Below, piece by piece: positions 1 through 9,058 of a DNA stretch of 64,000 nt. How positions within the stretch are numbered: the stretch's first letter is position 1; the number at the start of each line of letters is the position of its first letter. This DNA is from Spongiibacteraceae bacterium (GTDB taxonomy: Bacteria; Pseudomonadota; Gammaproteobacteria; Pseudomonadales; CAMLJR01): contig JAYVWC010000082.1 in assembly GCA_043786385.1 (NCBI GenBank), positions 8,208-72,207 on the forward strand. The letters are read 5' to 3'. Below the pieces are notes generated by a model. The model worked only from the letters and a program-made list of their open reading frames with translations, did not search any database and was not told the DNA's origin. Both the position numbers and the translations under genes were made by a program.

Positions 1-1
1 G

Positions 2-109
2 TTGATGGTCACGCACGATCCGGTGCTGGGCGGGCGCGCGGGGCGGCATATCCGAATGGTCGACGGCAAGATTGCAGGCGATGCGAGCGGCGGCGATGCG
101 ACCGGTTGA
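2..109 (+). CDS. ABC transporter ATP-binding protein, 3' end only (gene starts left of the window)
   Basis: The frame reads LMVTHDPVLGGRAGRHIRMVDGKIAGD...stop. VTHD is the H-loop region near the C-terminus of ABC ATPases. The stop overlaps the start region of the following permease gene. Confidence 0.6.
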   Translation: MMVTHDPVLGGRAGRHIRMVDGKIAGDASGGDATG

Positions 110-1304
110 TCTGCTGAATTTCAGCGCGCAATCGCTGCTGCGGCAGCGGTTTCGCGGCGTGATGATTTTGTGCGCGATGGGTTTGGGCGTCGCCGCTGTG
201 CTGGCGCTGACCGCGCTCGGCGAAGGCGCCCGCGGTTACGTGATCAATGAGTTTGCATCGATCGGCAAGGATGTATTGTTTTTGATGCCGGGGCGTAAGC
301 AAACCACCGGCAGCGTGCCGCCGATGACCGGTTCAGCAGCGCGCGATATCACATTGGAAGAAGCGTATTTGTTGCCGCGTCGCATCTCGGCGATTCGCGC
401 GGTGGCGCCGCTAATTATCGGCAGCGTGCGCGTTGGTTACAATGAACGCGGTCGCGAAGTGTCGGCGCTCGGCACCACCGCCGAATTATTTGATATTCGC
501 CATTTATATTTGGCGCAAGGTAAAAATTTACCGACCGGCGATTTTCGGCGCGCCAGCGGCGAAGTGGTTATCGGCGAAAAATTAAAACAGGAATTATTCG
601 ATAGCGGTGCGGCGATCGGCGAGTTTGTTCGCATCGGCGATTCGCGCTTTCGCGTGGTCGGTATTCTCTCCGGGCGCGGCGATGCAATGGGTATGGATCT
701 CAGCGATGCGGTGATTATTCCGGTCGCTGCCGCGCAGCGTTTATTTAATGTCTCGGGTTTGTTTCGCGTGGCGATCGCGGTGCGCGATGGGTATTCGGTG
801 CCGGACGTGAAAAAAAGAATCGAAGCCGCGATGCAAGAATTTCATCAAGGCGAACTCGATGTCACCGTGATCAGCCCCGATTCGATGTTGGCAACATTCA
901 ACGGTATCTTGCTGGCGATGACGCTGGCGGTTGCGGCGATCGGTGCGATTAGTTTATTGGTGGCGGGTGTGTTGATTATGAATGTGATGATGATCAGCGT
1001 CAGTCAGCGCACGCGCGAAATCGGTTTGCTGAAAGCGCTCGGTGCATCGTCGTCCGATATTTTGCGCGTGTTTTTAACCGAGGCGATGTTGATGACCGGC
1101 GCCGGCGCGATCTTCGGTGTCATCGTCGGTACCGCGATTGTCTACGCCGGTCGCGCCGCGTTTCCCGATATCCCGTTTCACACACCGTTATGGGCATTGC
1201 TCACTGCAGTGATCGTCGCGCTGTTAACCGGTCTCGCGTTTTCGTGGCTGCCAGCGCGGCGCGCGAGTTTTTTGCAACCCGTCGACGCATTGCAAAAGCC
1301 ATGA
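72..1304 (+). CDS. MacB/LolC-type (FtsX-domain) ABC transporter permease
   Basis: 410-aa ORF with an N-terminal TM (GVMILCAMGLGVAAVLALTAL), a ~230-aa periplasmic domain and a C-terminal FtsX block (SQRTREIGLLKALGASSSDILRVFLTEA). The true start may be the Met at 81 or 96. Confidence 0.85.
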   Translation: MQAMRAAAMRPVDLLNFSAQSLLRQRFRGVMILCAMGLGVAAVLALTALGEGARGYVINEFASIGKDVLFLMPGRKQTTGSVPPMTGSAARDITLEEAYLLPRRISAIRAVAPLIIGSVRVGYNERGREVSALGTTAELFDIRHLYLAQGKNLPTGDFRRASGEVVIGEKLKQELFDSGAAIGEFVRIGDSRFRVVGILSGRGDAMGMDLSDAVIIPVAAAQRLFNVSGLFRVAIAVRDGYSVPDVKKRIEAAMQEFHQGELDVTVISPDSMLATFNGILLAMTLAVAAIGAISLLVAGVLIMNVMMISVSQRTREIGLLKALGASSSDILRVFLTEAMLMTGAGAIFGVIVGTAIVYAGRAAFPDIPFHTPLWALLTAVIVALLTGLAFSWLPARRASFLQPVDALQKP

Positions 1305-2497
1305 GAACAGCTGACGGTTTTCGTTGGGTATTGCGATCGGTGCTATCGCAGCGGCAGCGCAGCGTATTGACTGCGTTAGGTGTGGCGATCGGTATTTCCG
1401 CCGTGGCCTTGTTAACTTCGGTCGGCGAAGGTTTGCGCATTTATTTACTCGATACGTTTTCGATGTTCGGCACGCGCATCGTCACCGTCACCGCCGGTAA
1501 AACTACCACCGAAAGTACCATGGGCATGTTAAAAACGGTGCGTCCGCTGACGTTGCGCGACGTCGAGTATTTACAACGCTTACCGTATGTCGATGCGCTG
1601 ACGCCGTTGGTGCAGGGCAGCGTTAAAGTCGATAGCGGCGGGCGCCAGCGCGATGTCGAGGTATTCGGTGTCGGTCCCGATCTGGAGCGTGCGTGGAATT
1701 TGAAAGTAACCCTCGGCCGCTCGTTGCCGAACGATGAAGGCGCGGCAGCGCGGCCGTACGTGGTGCTGGGCTACAAAGTACGCACCGAATTATTCGGCGA
1801 TGCTAATCCGCTCGGTGCGTTGGTGCGAGTCGGCGGCAGCCGCTTCCGCGTCATCGGTGTGATGGAACCGAAAGGGCAGTTGCTCGGCTTCGATCTCGAC
1901 GAAGTCGTGTATGTGCCGGCGAGTCGCGCCTTGCAATTATTGAATCGCGAAGGCTTAACGCAAATCGATGTGGCGTTCAGCGAGCAGACCACCAGCGCTG
2001 AAATGGTCGCGCGCATTAAACATCAGTTAATCGCAATGCACGGCATCGAGGATTTCACGCTTTTTTCGCAAGAAGATATGCTGAAAAGTCTCGATAAAAT
2101 TTTAAATATCATCACCTTTGCAGTCGCGGCATTGGGCGGTATTTCGTTGGTGGTCGGCGGCGTCGGCGTCGCAACGATCATGACGACGGCGTTACGCGAA
2201 CGGATGGCCGAAATCGGTTTGTTGCGCGCGCTCGGTGCCACGCGCGAACAAACGATGCTGATGTTTTTAGGCGAGGCGATCGTGCTCGCTGGCAGCGGCG
2301 GTTTAGCGGGAATTTTATTGGTGGTCGGCGTAGTCGGTGCAATAAAGTTATTCGTACCCGGCTTGCCGGTATCGCTGCAACCGCTGTATTTATTTTTAGC
2401 GTGGTCGCTATCGACACTGATCGGTTTAGTCGCCGGCATCATGCCGGCGTGGCGCGCATCGCTGCTTGACCCGATCGAGGCGCTGCGGCAGGAATAA
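1301..2497 (+). CDS. MacB/LolC-type (FtsX-domain) ABC transporter permease, second copy
   Basis: An ATGA start/stop overlap with the upstream permease lies at 1301-1304. The architecture is the same (TM1 VLTALGVAIGISAVALL; FtsX block RERMAEIGLLRALGATREQTMLMFLGEA). The ORF-track start at 1190 lies inside the previous gene and was trimmed. Confidence 0.85.
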   Translation: MRTADGFRWVLRSVLSQRQRSVLTALGVAIGISAVALLTSVGEGLRIYLLDTFSMFGTRIVTVTAGKTTTESTMGMLKTVRPLTLRDVEYLQRLPYVDALTPLVQGSVKVDSGGRQRDVEVFGVGPDLERAWNLKVTLGRSLPNDEGAAARPYVVLGYKVRTELFGDANPLGALVRVGGSRFRVIGVMEPKGQLLGFDLDEVVYVPASRALQLLNREGLTQIDVAFSEQTTSAEMVARIKHQLIAMHGIEDFTLFSQEDMLKSLDKILNIITFAVAALGGISLVVGGVGVATIMTTALRERMAEIGLLRALGATREQTMLMFLGEAIVLAGSGGLAGILLVVGVVGAIKLFVPGLPVSLQPLYLFLAWSLSTLIGLVAGIMPAWRASLLDPIEALRQE

Positions 2498-2563
2498 GCT
2501 GTTTCGGTAGCAGTGATAGGCCACCGTTTATACGCGGTGCTTGCGCATAAACGGTGGAGTTGA

Positions 2564-3190
2564 TTAAGCGATTTTGCGTTTGCGTGTTGCGCCCGCCAAA
2601 CCGATCAGACTTGTGCCAAACAACCAAGCGGCAGCGGGAACCGGCACTGCCGCGACGTTAAACACACCCGCGTAGCTGCCACCGCTGGTGCCGGTGACGT
2701 TGCCTCTAACTTCGAGCACGTAATTACCTGCGCCCAACGCTGTGGTTTGGATCAGTGCGGTGGTGACGCCCGGCGCAATGGCTTGAGTCCAGCCATTGAC
2801 AATACCGCCATTAACAGGAAAGCCAAGTTGTGGCAACGTTGGTTGGTTGGCGCTATACAGCCGCACTTGCAAGTTATTAATACCGAAAATATCTGAAAGG
2901 TTAAATGTTGAAGTAATCGAGTTAGCTGACGCTGCCGGAATGCTGAAAATATAATCGTCATAAAAGCCGTATGACGATCCAGTGATCGGCGATGTCGGTG
3001 CGAAATAGGTATTGCCGTACGTGTAAGATGTCGATGGTGATAAGGTGTTGATGGTGGCGGTGCTGCCGGTGATACCGCTAGCAGTTTGCGATACTCCCAG
3101 TTGTAACGATGCTGCAAACGCCGATGTTGTGCTTCCTATTAATAGTGCGAAGCTGGTTAACACTGCGCGTGTGGATTTTGATTTGAGCAT
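2564..3190 (-). CDS. PEP-CTERM sorting-domain secreted protein
   Basis: Signal peptide MLKSKSTRAVLTSFALLIGSTTSAFA. The C-terminus VPVPAAAWLFGTSLIGLAGATRKRKIA has the PEP-like motif, a TM helix and a basic tail. The start was trimmed to the Met at 3190, which follows a GGAGGG Shine-Dalgarno. Confidence 0.8.
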   Translation of the reverse strand: MLKSKSTRAVLTSFALLIGSTTSAFAASLQLGVSQTASGITGSTATINTLSPSTSYTYGNTYFAPTSPITGSSYGFYDDYIFSIPAASANSITSTFNLSDIFGINNLQVRLYSANQPTLPQLGFPVNGGIVNGWTQAIAPGVTTALIQTTALGAGNYVLEVRGNVTGTSGGSYAGVFNVAAVPVPAAAWLFGTSLIGLAGATRKRKIA

Positions 3191-3458
3191 GATCCCTCCC
3201 CGAAATTTATGATGCTGCATTGATTTTGAATGCCCGAGAGCGCGGTCGCCAGTACGGAGCGATCGGCCTAGGGTAAGTTAGCGGGTGTTGGAAGGGCTAT
3301 CTATCAAGGTTTCGTGAATTTTCGCCCATGCAATCTGCATACATTTTGTGCGAAGAAGCGGCGTCGTGCGATTATTAGCGGCGCGGCAACGGCAAAGCGA
3401 ACTTGGCTTATAGGGTTTATTAAAATAATTACTGCGGCAATCGATTCGGCGATTGTAA

Positions 3459-4760
3459 TTAAGGGATAAAGCCGTCGATACCGATCAGCGGTTCCAAGCG
3501 ATAGTACGCGCGAATCGGTTCCGGTAATTCCAAATACTGCGCTAACGACATCGGTTTGACACCGCTCGCGACTCTCTCAAATGGGCCGTCGACATTATCG
3601 GCAGCAAAAACGTTGTAGACGGTATCGAGTTGCAACGCCGGCCCACCCACATACCAATGTGCGCCTTCGCGTTTTATTCGATACGCACCGTACGGCCGCG
3701 CCAACGGCTCGCCGATAAAAACGCCTTGGCCTGGCATCACTACACTTTTCCAATACGCTTCGAGCAATGTTTCGCCAGCCAAATAATGCTTCAGCAAAAT
3801 TTGTGGATTCGGAAATTTTGCGATAAACGCACACGGTTCGACGACGGTGCCGTAGCTGCCGGTGACGCCCGCTTCGAGCCAGCGGAGCGCACTCATTTGC
3901 TCGTGACCAGTTAATTGACCACCGTACGAAGTTAAATGATCGCCGATTGCACCGGGCAGATAATGATTGCTATCGAGCGCTGCAACCTGCACCGATCCCG
4001 TCACATAGAACATCACATCTTTGGCGTTTTCTAACGTTGGTGCTTGTTCGATATGCACTGGCAAGCGTGCGCCGAATTGTTGTAGCACGGCAGGAAATAA
4101 TTCTTTGCGTACGCTGCGCGCGACATCGCTGGTTTCGATCAAATACGCAGCGCCGTTCGGCAGGCTGTAATCGGCTTCGATACCGCGCTCGATCAACGCA
4201 AAGGCAAACGGTTTGCTGGTGGCGGCGAGCATCATCGTCGGGCGAATGCCGAGTTCGTCGAACGGTTTGTGCGTATTTGAATTCGCGTAGCTGCTGGTCG
4301 CGGTTATTTGGCAGCCTTCTGCGCAGTAACGCACATCGTAACCAAATGTGAAGGCGGCGGTGATCGACATGCAGCCAACGCGATACGGTGCCGTCCACGT
4401 TAACGCTAACGCTTGCACACGCGCCGGTAAGCGCGCATCGACGCTGCTTTTCAATACGGCAAACTCGCCGGGTTGCATAATGCTTTTGCCGGGTTTGAAG
4501 CGAATATGTACGATATTGTCGTCGGGAATTTTGCGTCGCTGTTTATAGTAGTTGCCGATCGCAATGCTGAGCGGATCGTCGTCGTTGACGATAATGCCGA
4601 GTTGTGCGGCGGTTAATGCATTCTCCGGCGGTAATACCGTCGGTGCCGCGCTGGCGCCGCTGACAAGCGTCAGCGCGAAAATAAGCGGAGTAAACCACCG
4701 CAGTAGGGTTCGAAAAAAAATTGGCATCACTCTAAGAGCGTATTGTGCGAAAAAGTTCAA
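3459..4760 (-). CDS. Secreted hypothetical protein (no family recognised with confidence)
   Basis: 433-aa ORF with a hydrophobic N-terminal signal (FTPLIFALTLVSGASAAP) and coherent codon usage. No overlapping alternative is convincing. An alternative start is the Met at 4727. Confidence 0.55.
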   Translation of the reverse strand: MNFFAQYALRVMPIFFRTLLRWFTPLIFALTLVSGASAAPTVLPPENALTAAQLGIIVNDDDPLSIAIGNYYKQRRKIPDDNIVHIRFKPGKSIMQPGEFAVLKSSVDARLPARVQALALTWTAPYRVGCMSITAAFTFGYDVRYCAEGCQITATSSYANSNTHKPFDELGIRPTMMLAATSKPFAFALIERGIEADYSLPNGAAYLIETSDVARSVRKELFPAVLQQFGARLPVHIEQAPTLENAKDVMFYVTGSVQVAALDSNHYLPGAIGDHLTSYGGQLTGHEQMSALRWLEAGVTGSYGTVVEPCAFIAKFPNPQILLKHYLAGETLLEAYWKSVVMPGQGVFIGEPLARPYGAYRIKREGAHWYVGGPALQLDTVYNVFAADNVDGPFERVASGVKPMSLAQYLELPEPIRAYYRLEPLIGIDGFIP

Positions 4761-4938
4761 TGGACTCTCTGCAGCGAGCGCGCCGCTATCGAACGCGGCC
4801 AGTGGCGGGGCGGGAATTATCGCCGTCGCCCGATTGCAGCGTCAAGATGGGCGCTAAAGTCATCTGGTGCATAAGTCGCGCATCCATTTTTCATTTTTTT
4901 CGTATACCATCGGCTGGATGCTTTAAGGAGACACGTAG

Positions 4939-5952
4939 ATGGCTATCAAAGTCGGCATTAATGGGTTGGGGCGGATCGGGCGCTTGGCATTGCGCGCGGC
5001 TTGGGATTGGCCGGAGCTGGAGTTTGTGCGCGTTAACGATCCGGCTGGCGACGCCGCAACGTTTGCGCATTTATTGAATTTTGATTCGGTGCACGGGCGT
5101 TGGACGCACGAGGCGAGTTGCGACGGCGATACGATACTGATCGATGGCAAGCGTCTTTTACTAAGCCACAACAAAACGATCGATGAAACCGATTGGTCGG
5201 CTTGCGATGTGGTGATCGAGGCCTCGGGAAAGTTCAAAAAAACTACCGTGCTCGATGCTTATTTACAACAGGGTGTTAAGCGCGTGGTGGTGACGGCGCC
5301 GATCAAAGAGCCGGGCATATTAAATGTCGTGATCGGTGTTAACGATCATTTATTCGACGCAGCTACGCATCGCATTGTCACCGCAGCTTCATGCACGACG
5401 AATTGTTTGGCGCCGGTGGTCAAAGTGATTCACGAAAATTTAATCATCAAGCACGGCAGTATCACGACGATTCACGATCTCACCAATACGCAAACGATTT
5501 TGGATGCACCGCATAAGGATTTGCGGCGTGCGCGCGCCTGCGGCATGAGTATGATTCCGACCACCACCGGTTCGGCTACCGCGATCACGGAAATTTTTCC
5601 GGAGTTGAAAGGGCGCTTGAATGGCCACGCGATTCGCGTTCCATTGGCCAACGCATCGCTGACCGATTGTGTGTTTGAAGTGCAGCGTGCTACCAGTGCT
5701 AGCGAAGTCAATGCCTTATTAAAAACTGCAGCGGCGGGCGCATTGCAGGGAATTTTGGGCTACGAAGAGCGGCCGTTGGTATCGATCGATTATCGCAGCG
5801 ATCCGCGTTCGAGTATTATCGATGCGTTATCGACGTTGGTGGTCGACGGCACTCACGTAAAAATTTATGCGTGGTACGACAACGAGTGGGGCTACGCCAA
5901 TCGCACCGTCGAGCTGGTTAAAAAAGTCGGCCTTGCCGATTGCGCGAACTAA
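4939..5952 (+). CDS. gap: Glyceraldehyde-3-phosphate dehydrogenase (type I), probably the ArsJ-associated paralogue
   Basis: The ORF has the NAD-binding motif INGLGRIGR, the catalytic [10 protein letters not shown] and WYDNEWGY. It is preceded by GGAG. Its stop overlaps or abuts the start of the downstream ArsJ-like MFS gene. Confidence 0.93.
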   Translation: MAIKVGINGLGRIGRLALRAAWDWPELEFVRVNDPAGDAATFAHLLNFDSVHGRWTHEASCDGDTILIDGKRLLLSHNKTIDETDWSACDVVIEASGKFKKTTVLDAYLQQGVKRVVVTAPIKEPGILNVVIGVNDHLFDAATHRIVTAASCTTNCLAPVVKVIHENLIIKHGSITTIHDLTNTQTILDAPHKDLRRARACGMSMIPTTTGSATAITEIFPELKGRLNGHAIRVPLANASLTDCVFEVQRATSASEVNALLKTAAAGALQGILGYEERPLVSIDYRSDPRSSIIDALSTLVVDGTHVKIYAWYDNEWGYANRTVELVKKVGLADCAN

Positions 5953-7178
5953 GCCGCATGTTTTCATCCTCCGCTGCGGTGCGGCAGTACGCCATCGTTA
6001 CCGCAAATTACTGGGCGTTCACGCTAACCGACGGCGCGTTGCGCATGTTGGTGGTACTGCACTTCCATCGCCTCGGTTACAGCCCGCTTAGCATTGCATT
6101 ACTGTTTATTTTTTACGAAATGTTTGGCGTGATCACGAATCTCGTAGGCGGCTGGTTTGGCGCGCGCTTCGGTTTGAATCGCACCATGCAAATCGGCTTA
6201 GCACTGCAAGTGCTTGCGCTACTGATGTTGACTGTGCCAGCCGCGCTATTAACGGTGCCGTGGGTTATGGCAGCGCAGGCGTTATCGGGTATCGCCAAAG
6301 ATTTAAATAAAATGAGCGCGAAAAGCGCAATCAAACAACTGGTGCCTACCGCAGCACAGAGCACGTTGTATCGGTGGGTGGCGCTGCTGACCGGTTCAAA
6401 AAATGCGCTGAAAGGCGTCGGATTTTTTTTAGGTGGAGCGCTGTTGACGCTACTCGGCTTTACCCAGTCCGTTGCGGTGATGGCAGCCGCATTGGCATTG
6501 GTCTGGCTGCTCGGCATGAAATATTTGCAGCGCGATTTTGGTGTCGCGAAAAATAAAATCAAATTCCGCGAAATTTTTTCAAAAAGTGCTGCAGTGAATG
6601 TGTTGTCCGCCGCGCGCTTCTTTTTATTTGGTGCGCGCGATGTGTGGTTTGTTGTCGCGTTGCCGGTCTATTTAAGCACTGCATTCGGTTGGGATTTCTG
6701 GTGGGTCGGTGGTTTTCTGGCGCTGTGGGTGATCGGTTACGGCATCGTGCAATCGTTGGCGCCGCAGATAACTGGCAACCGTGCCGACCGTTTGCCGGGC
6801 CGCGATGCAGTATTCGGTTGGGCGGCGCTGCTGGCGATTATTCCTGCCTGCATTGCCATCGGCATGCAACAAACGCTGTCGACCGAACCGATTTTGTTGG
6901 GTGGATTGCTATTGTTCGGTGTTGCATTTGCGATCAATTCATCGCTGCATAGCTATTTGATTGTCAGCTACGCCGATGCCGACGGTGTGGCGCTCGATGT
7001 GGGTTTCTATTATATGGCGAATGCGTTGGGGCGTTTGGTGGGCACTTTATTATCGGGGTGGGTATTCCAGCGTTACGGTTTGCCCGCATGCCTGTGGATT
7101 TCCGCAGTGATGATTGCTGCTGCCGCGTTGATTTCGCTGCGTTTGCCGATGGTGGTTAACAAAGAATCGCTGAATTAA
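5940..7178 (+). CDS. arsJ: MFS transporter resembling ArsJ (organoarsenical / 1-arseno-3-phosphoglycerate efflux permease)
   Basis: About 12 TM segments. The N-terminal segment [24 protein letters not shown] matches my memory of ArsJ. The gene is translationally coupled to the GAPDH gene (start at 5940 overlapping it, or Met at 5958). Confidence 0.65.
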   Translation: MRELSRMFSSSAAVRQYAIVTANYWAFTLTDGALRMLVVLHFHRLGYSPLSIALLFIFYEMFGVITNLVGGWFGARFGLNRTMQIGLALQVLALLMLTVPAALLTVPWVMAAQALSGIAKDLNKMSAKSAIKQLVPTAAQSTLYRWVALLTGSKNALKGVGFFLGGALLTLLGFTQSVAVMAAALALVWLLGMKYLQRDFGVAKNKIKFREIFSKSAAVNVLSAARFFLFGARDVWFVVALPVYLSTAFGWDFWWVGGFLALWVIGYGIVQSLAPQITGNRADRLPGRDAVFGWAALLAIIPACIAIGMQQTLSTEPILLGGLLLFGVAFAINSSLHSYLIVSYADADGVALDVGFYYMANALGRLVGTLLSGWVFQRYGLPACLWISAVMIAAAALISLRLPMVVNKESLN

Positions 7179-7362
7179 CGTCACTTTTCGAGAATTGCTA
7201 TTAGCAGTGGCCAGCGACTTATGTGGGTGATGGGGCCTGCAGCGTACTGCATTTACCCCAAACCGACTGCCGGCCATCGCTATTTTTCACTGCGGTATTA
7301 CGTCGCAGTTCCGCTAACGCCATCCAATTTATTTTGCAATGGCTTTAGTGGCTCTACCGGTG

Positions 7363-7950
7363 TTAAGCCAAGCGGCGGCGCGCTATTCCCGCCAATCCAA
7401 GCAAACCCGACCCGAATAACCATGCAGCAGCAGGTACTGGTACTGAAGTGACTGAAGTATTGGTTAATAAAAAGGTTGCATCATTATAGTCCCAGTCGCC
7501 TCCATTGATTAGATCTTCAAAACCTATATACGTGCCAGCTGGGAGTATCGAGTCACCGTTATAGTTGTACGAATAAATGTGATGTGCGCCATCGCTGTTT
7601 AAGCTCGTATCTGAATACCATTGGTTGCTCGTATTCAATACATTTAACCGCAATATAAGCTCATCTCCGGCGTTAATGTTGTCAAAGCTGATGGAGTCAC
7701 CGTAGCTGGAAGTTTGGTTATTTAGGACTGAAGAGCCCACTTCGACACCGTTGACAAATAAGCTCAATGTGCTCGTGTAACCCGCCTCAGCGTCGACGAA
7801 ATAGGCAACGATGCTTCCAGAATTAGCTGCCGTAAAGCTGTATCCGTGGGGGTTTTCGCTACCGATGCCAGGGTACGCTAATGGGGCTGCATAGCTGCCG
7901 GCTGCGGCAAATGAAAGAGTAAGTGCACAGCTTAAATTTTTAATGTTCAT
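7363..7950 (-). CDS. PEP-CTERM sorting-domain secreted protein with a DUF4114-like module
   Basis: Signal peptide MNIKNLSCALTLSFAAAGSYA. It has GGDWDYNDATF (a D.DYND motif of the DUF4114 type) and the C-terminus VPVPAAAWLFGSGLLGLAGIARRRLA. Confidence 0.8.
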   Translation of the reverse strand: MNIKNLSCALTLSFAAAGSYAAPLAYPGIGSENPHGYSFTAANSGSIVAYFVDAEAGYTSTLSLFVNGVEVGSSVLNNQTSSYGDSISFDNINAGDELILRLNVLNTSNQWYSDTSLNSDGAHHIYSYNYNGDSILPAGTYIGFEDLINGGDWDYNDATFLLTNTSVTSVPVPAAAWLFGSGLLGLAGIARRRLA

Positions 7951-8480
7951 GATTTTTATTGCTCCGAGATAGAGTTGGTTGGGTTGGAATTTTTTGGCCT
8001 ACCACTAAATGGCCGTGTTTAAAAAGTAATTACTACGTTTGTAAAAAGTAACTAGTGCGCGTGTAAAAAAAACAAATAAAGTCGTAGAAATGTACTGCAT
8101 TGATGAAAACATTCGTATATTTAAATTGAGTTAAATATTTATTAATATTTTTGTATTTTTAAAATACATATTTAAAAATTAAGGGGCCATTAAATGAGTG
8201 GGATTTCAGTCGATCTTTGCTCCCGGTGAATCCCCGTTTGAGGAATTAGAGTAATCATACCCCTGATTTTTCGCCCTCTCTGTGCGTCATCGCACTAACT
8301 ATCCCCAATGGATGGGCAGCTTTTAAATATAATTTTGTACATGGGTGGCCTTAAATAAAAGGCATCCTATGACTTTTTTATATCCGTCAATAAATAAACG
8401 CTAAAGATGGCAACTTTGATGTTAAAAGCAGCTAACGTGCCAGATTACATTACTCAAAAGTAACCCGGCATGCAACGCGT

Positions 8481-8506
8481 TTTTTGTTATAAAAGTATAA
8501 CAAAAA
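8481..8506. repeat. Perfect 11-bp inverted repeat TTTTTGTTATA-aaag-TATAACAAAAA
   Basis: Read directly from the sequence. It lies in the 1.1-kb AT-rich divergent intergenic region. A GC palindrome GTGCGCCGGCGCAC follows at 8540-8553. Confidence 0.85.
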
Positions 8507-8858
8507 CATATAGATAGTAATAGGTTTGGCGTCAATTTGGTGCGCCGGCGCACTCGATAAGCGTTAGAGATTGTCAATTATTTCGACATTGCTAAGGGCG
8601 AGATGGCGGCTCACCGCCGAAATATTTGGCGTGTGTATTACGTTTTGTAGTGCCAAAAAATAATAATCCTGCAACACAACTCTGTCAGAGTCGCCCTCGC
8701 TTTAGAAAAGGATTTCGCCGTAATACGAGTTGTGGACGAGATGAGTGATGAAAATTTAAATAAACATTCATCGAATAGACATCGCGTGTATTTATTAAAT
8801 TGGTAAAAAACACTCAGTCAAAACGTTAGCAAATGATTTGTTGGCGATTTGATGAAAA

Positions 8859-8949
8859 GCGGAAATGCCAACCCCGTTGCGAGGCGGGTTCGGAAAGCCA
8901 CGGATCTTGTCGACACAGTATGTAGTCAAGACAGCCGGGTTGCCACCGT
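8859..8949 (+). promoter_or_regulatory. Candidate c-di-GMP-I (GEMM-I) riboswitch aptamer upstream of the PEP-CTERM gene at 9059
   Basis: A hairpin AACCC-C-GUU[GCGA]GGC-GGGUU is capped by a GNRA tetraloop. It is followed by CGGAAAGCC, then a second long hairpin (ACGG...CCG), then GGGUUGCC. This resembles Vc2-type elements GGCAAACC...[GAAA]...CGCAAAGCC...GGGGUUACC recalled from memory. It has not been verified with a covariance model. Confidence 0.4.
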
Positions 8950-9058
8950 GAAATTGGAAGCTGGTTGTTTGTGGGGTTCCGCAATATAGCTTCCCTGTTA
9001 GATGCGCATAAAACCTAACTGTAAGTTCACTGGCTAATTACTCTTGGAGAGATGGAAT

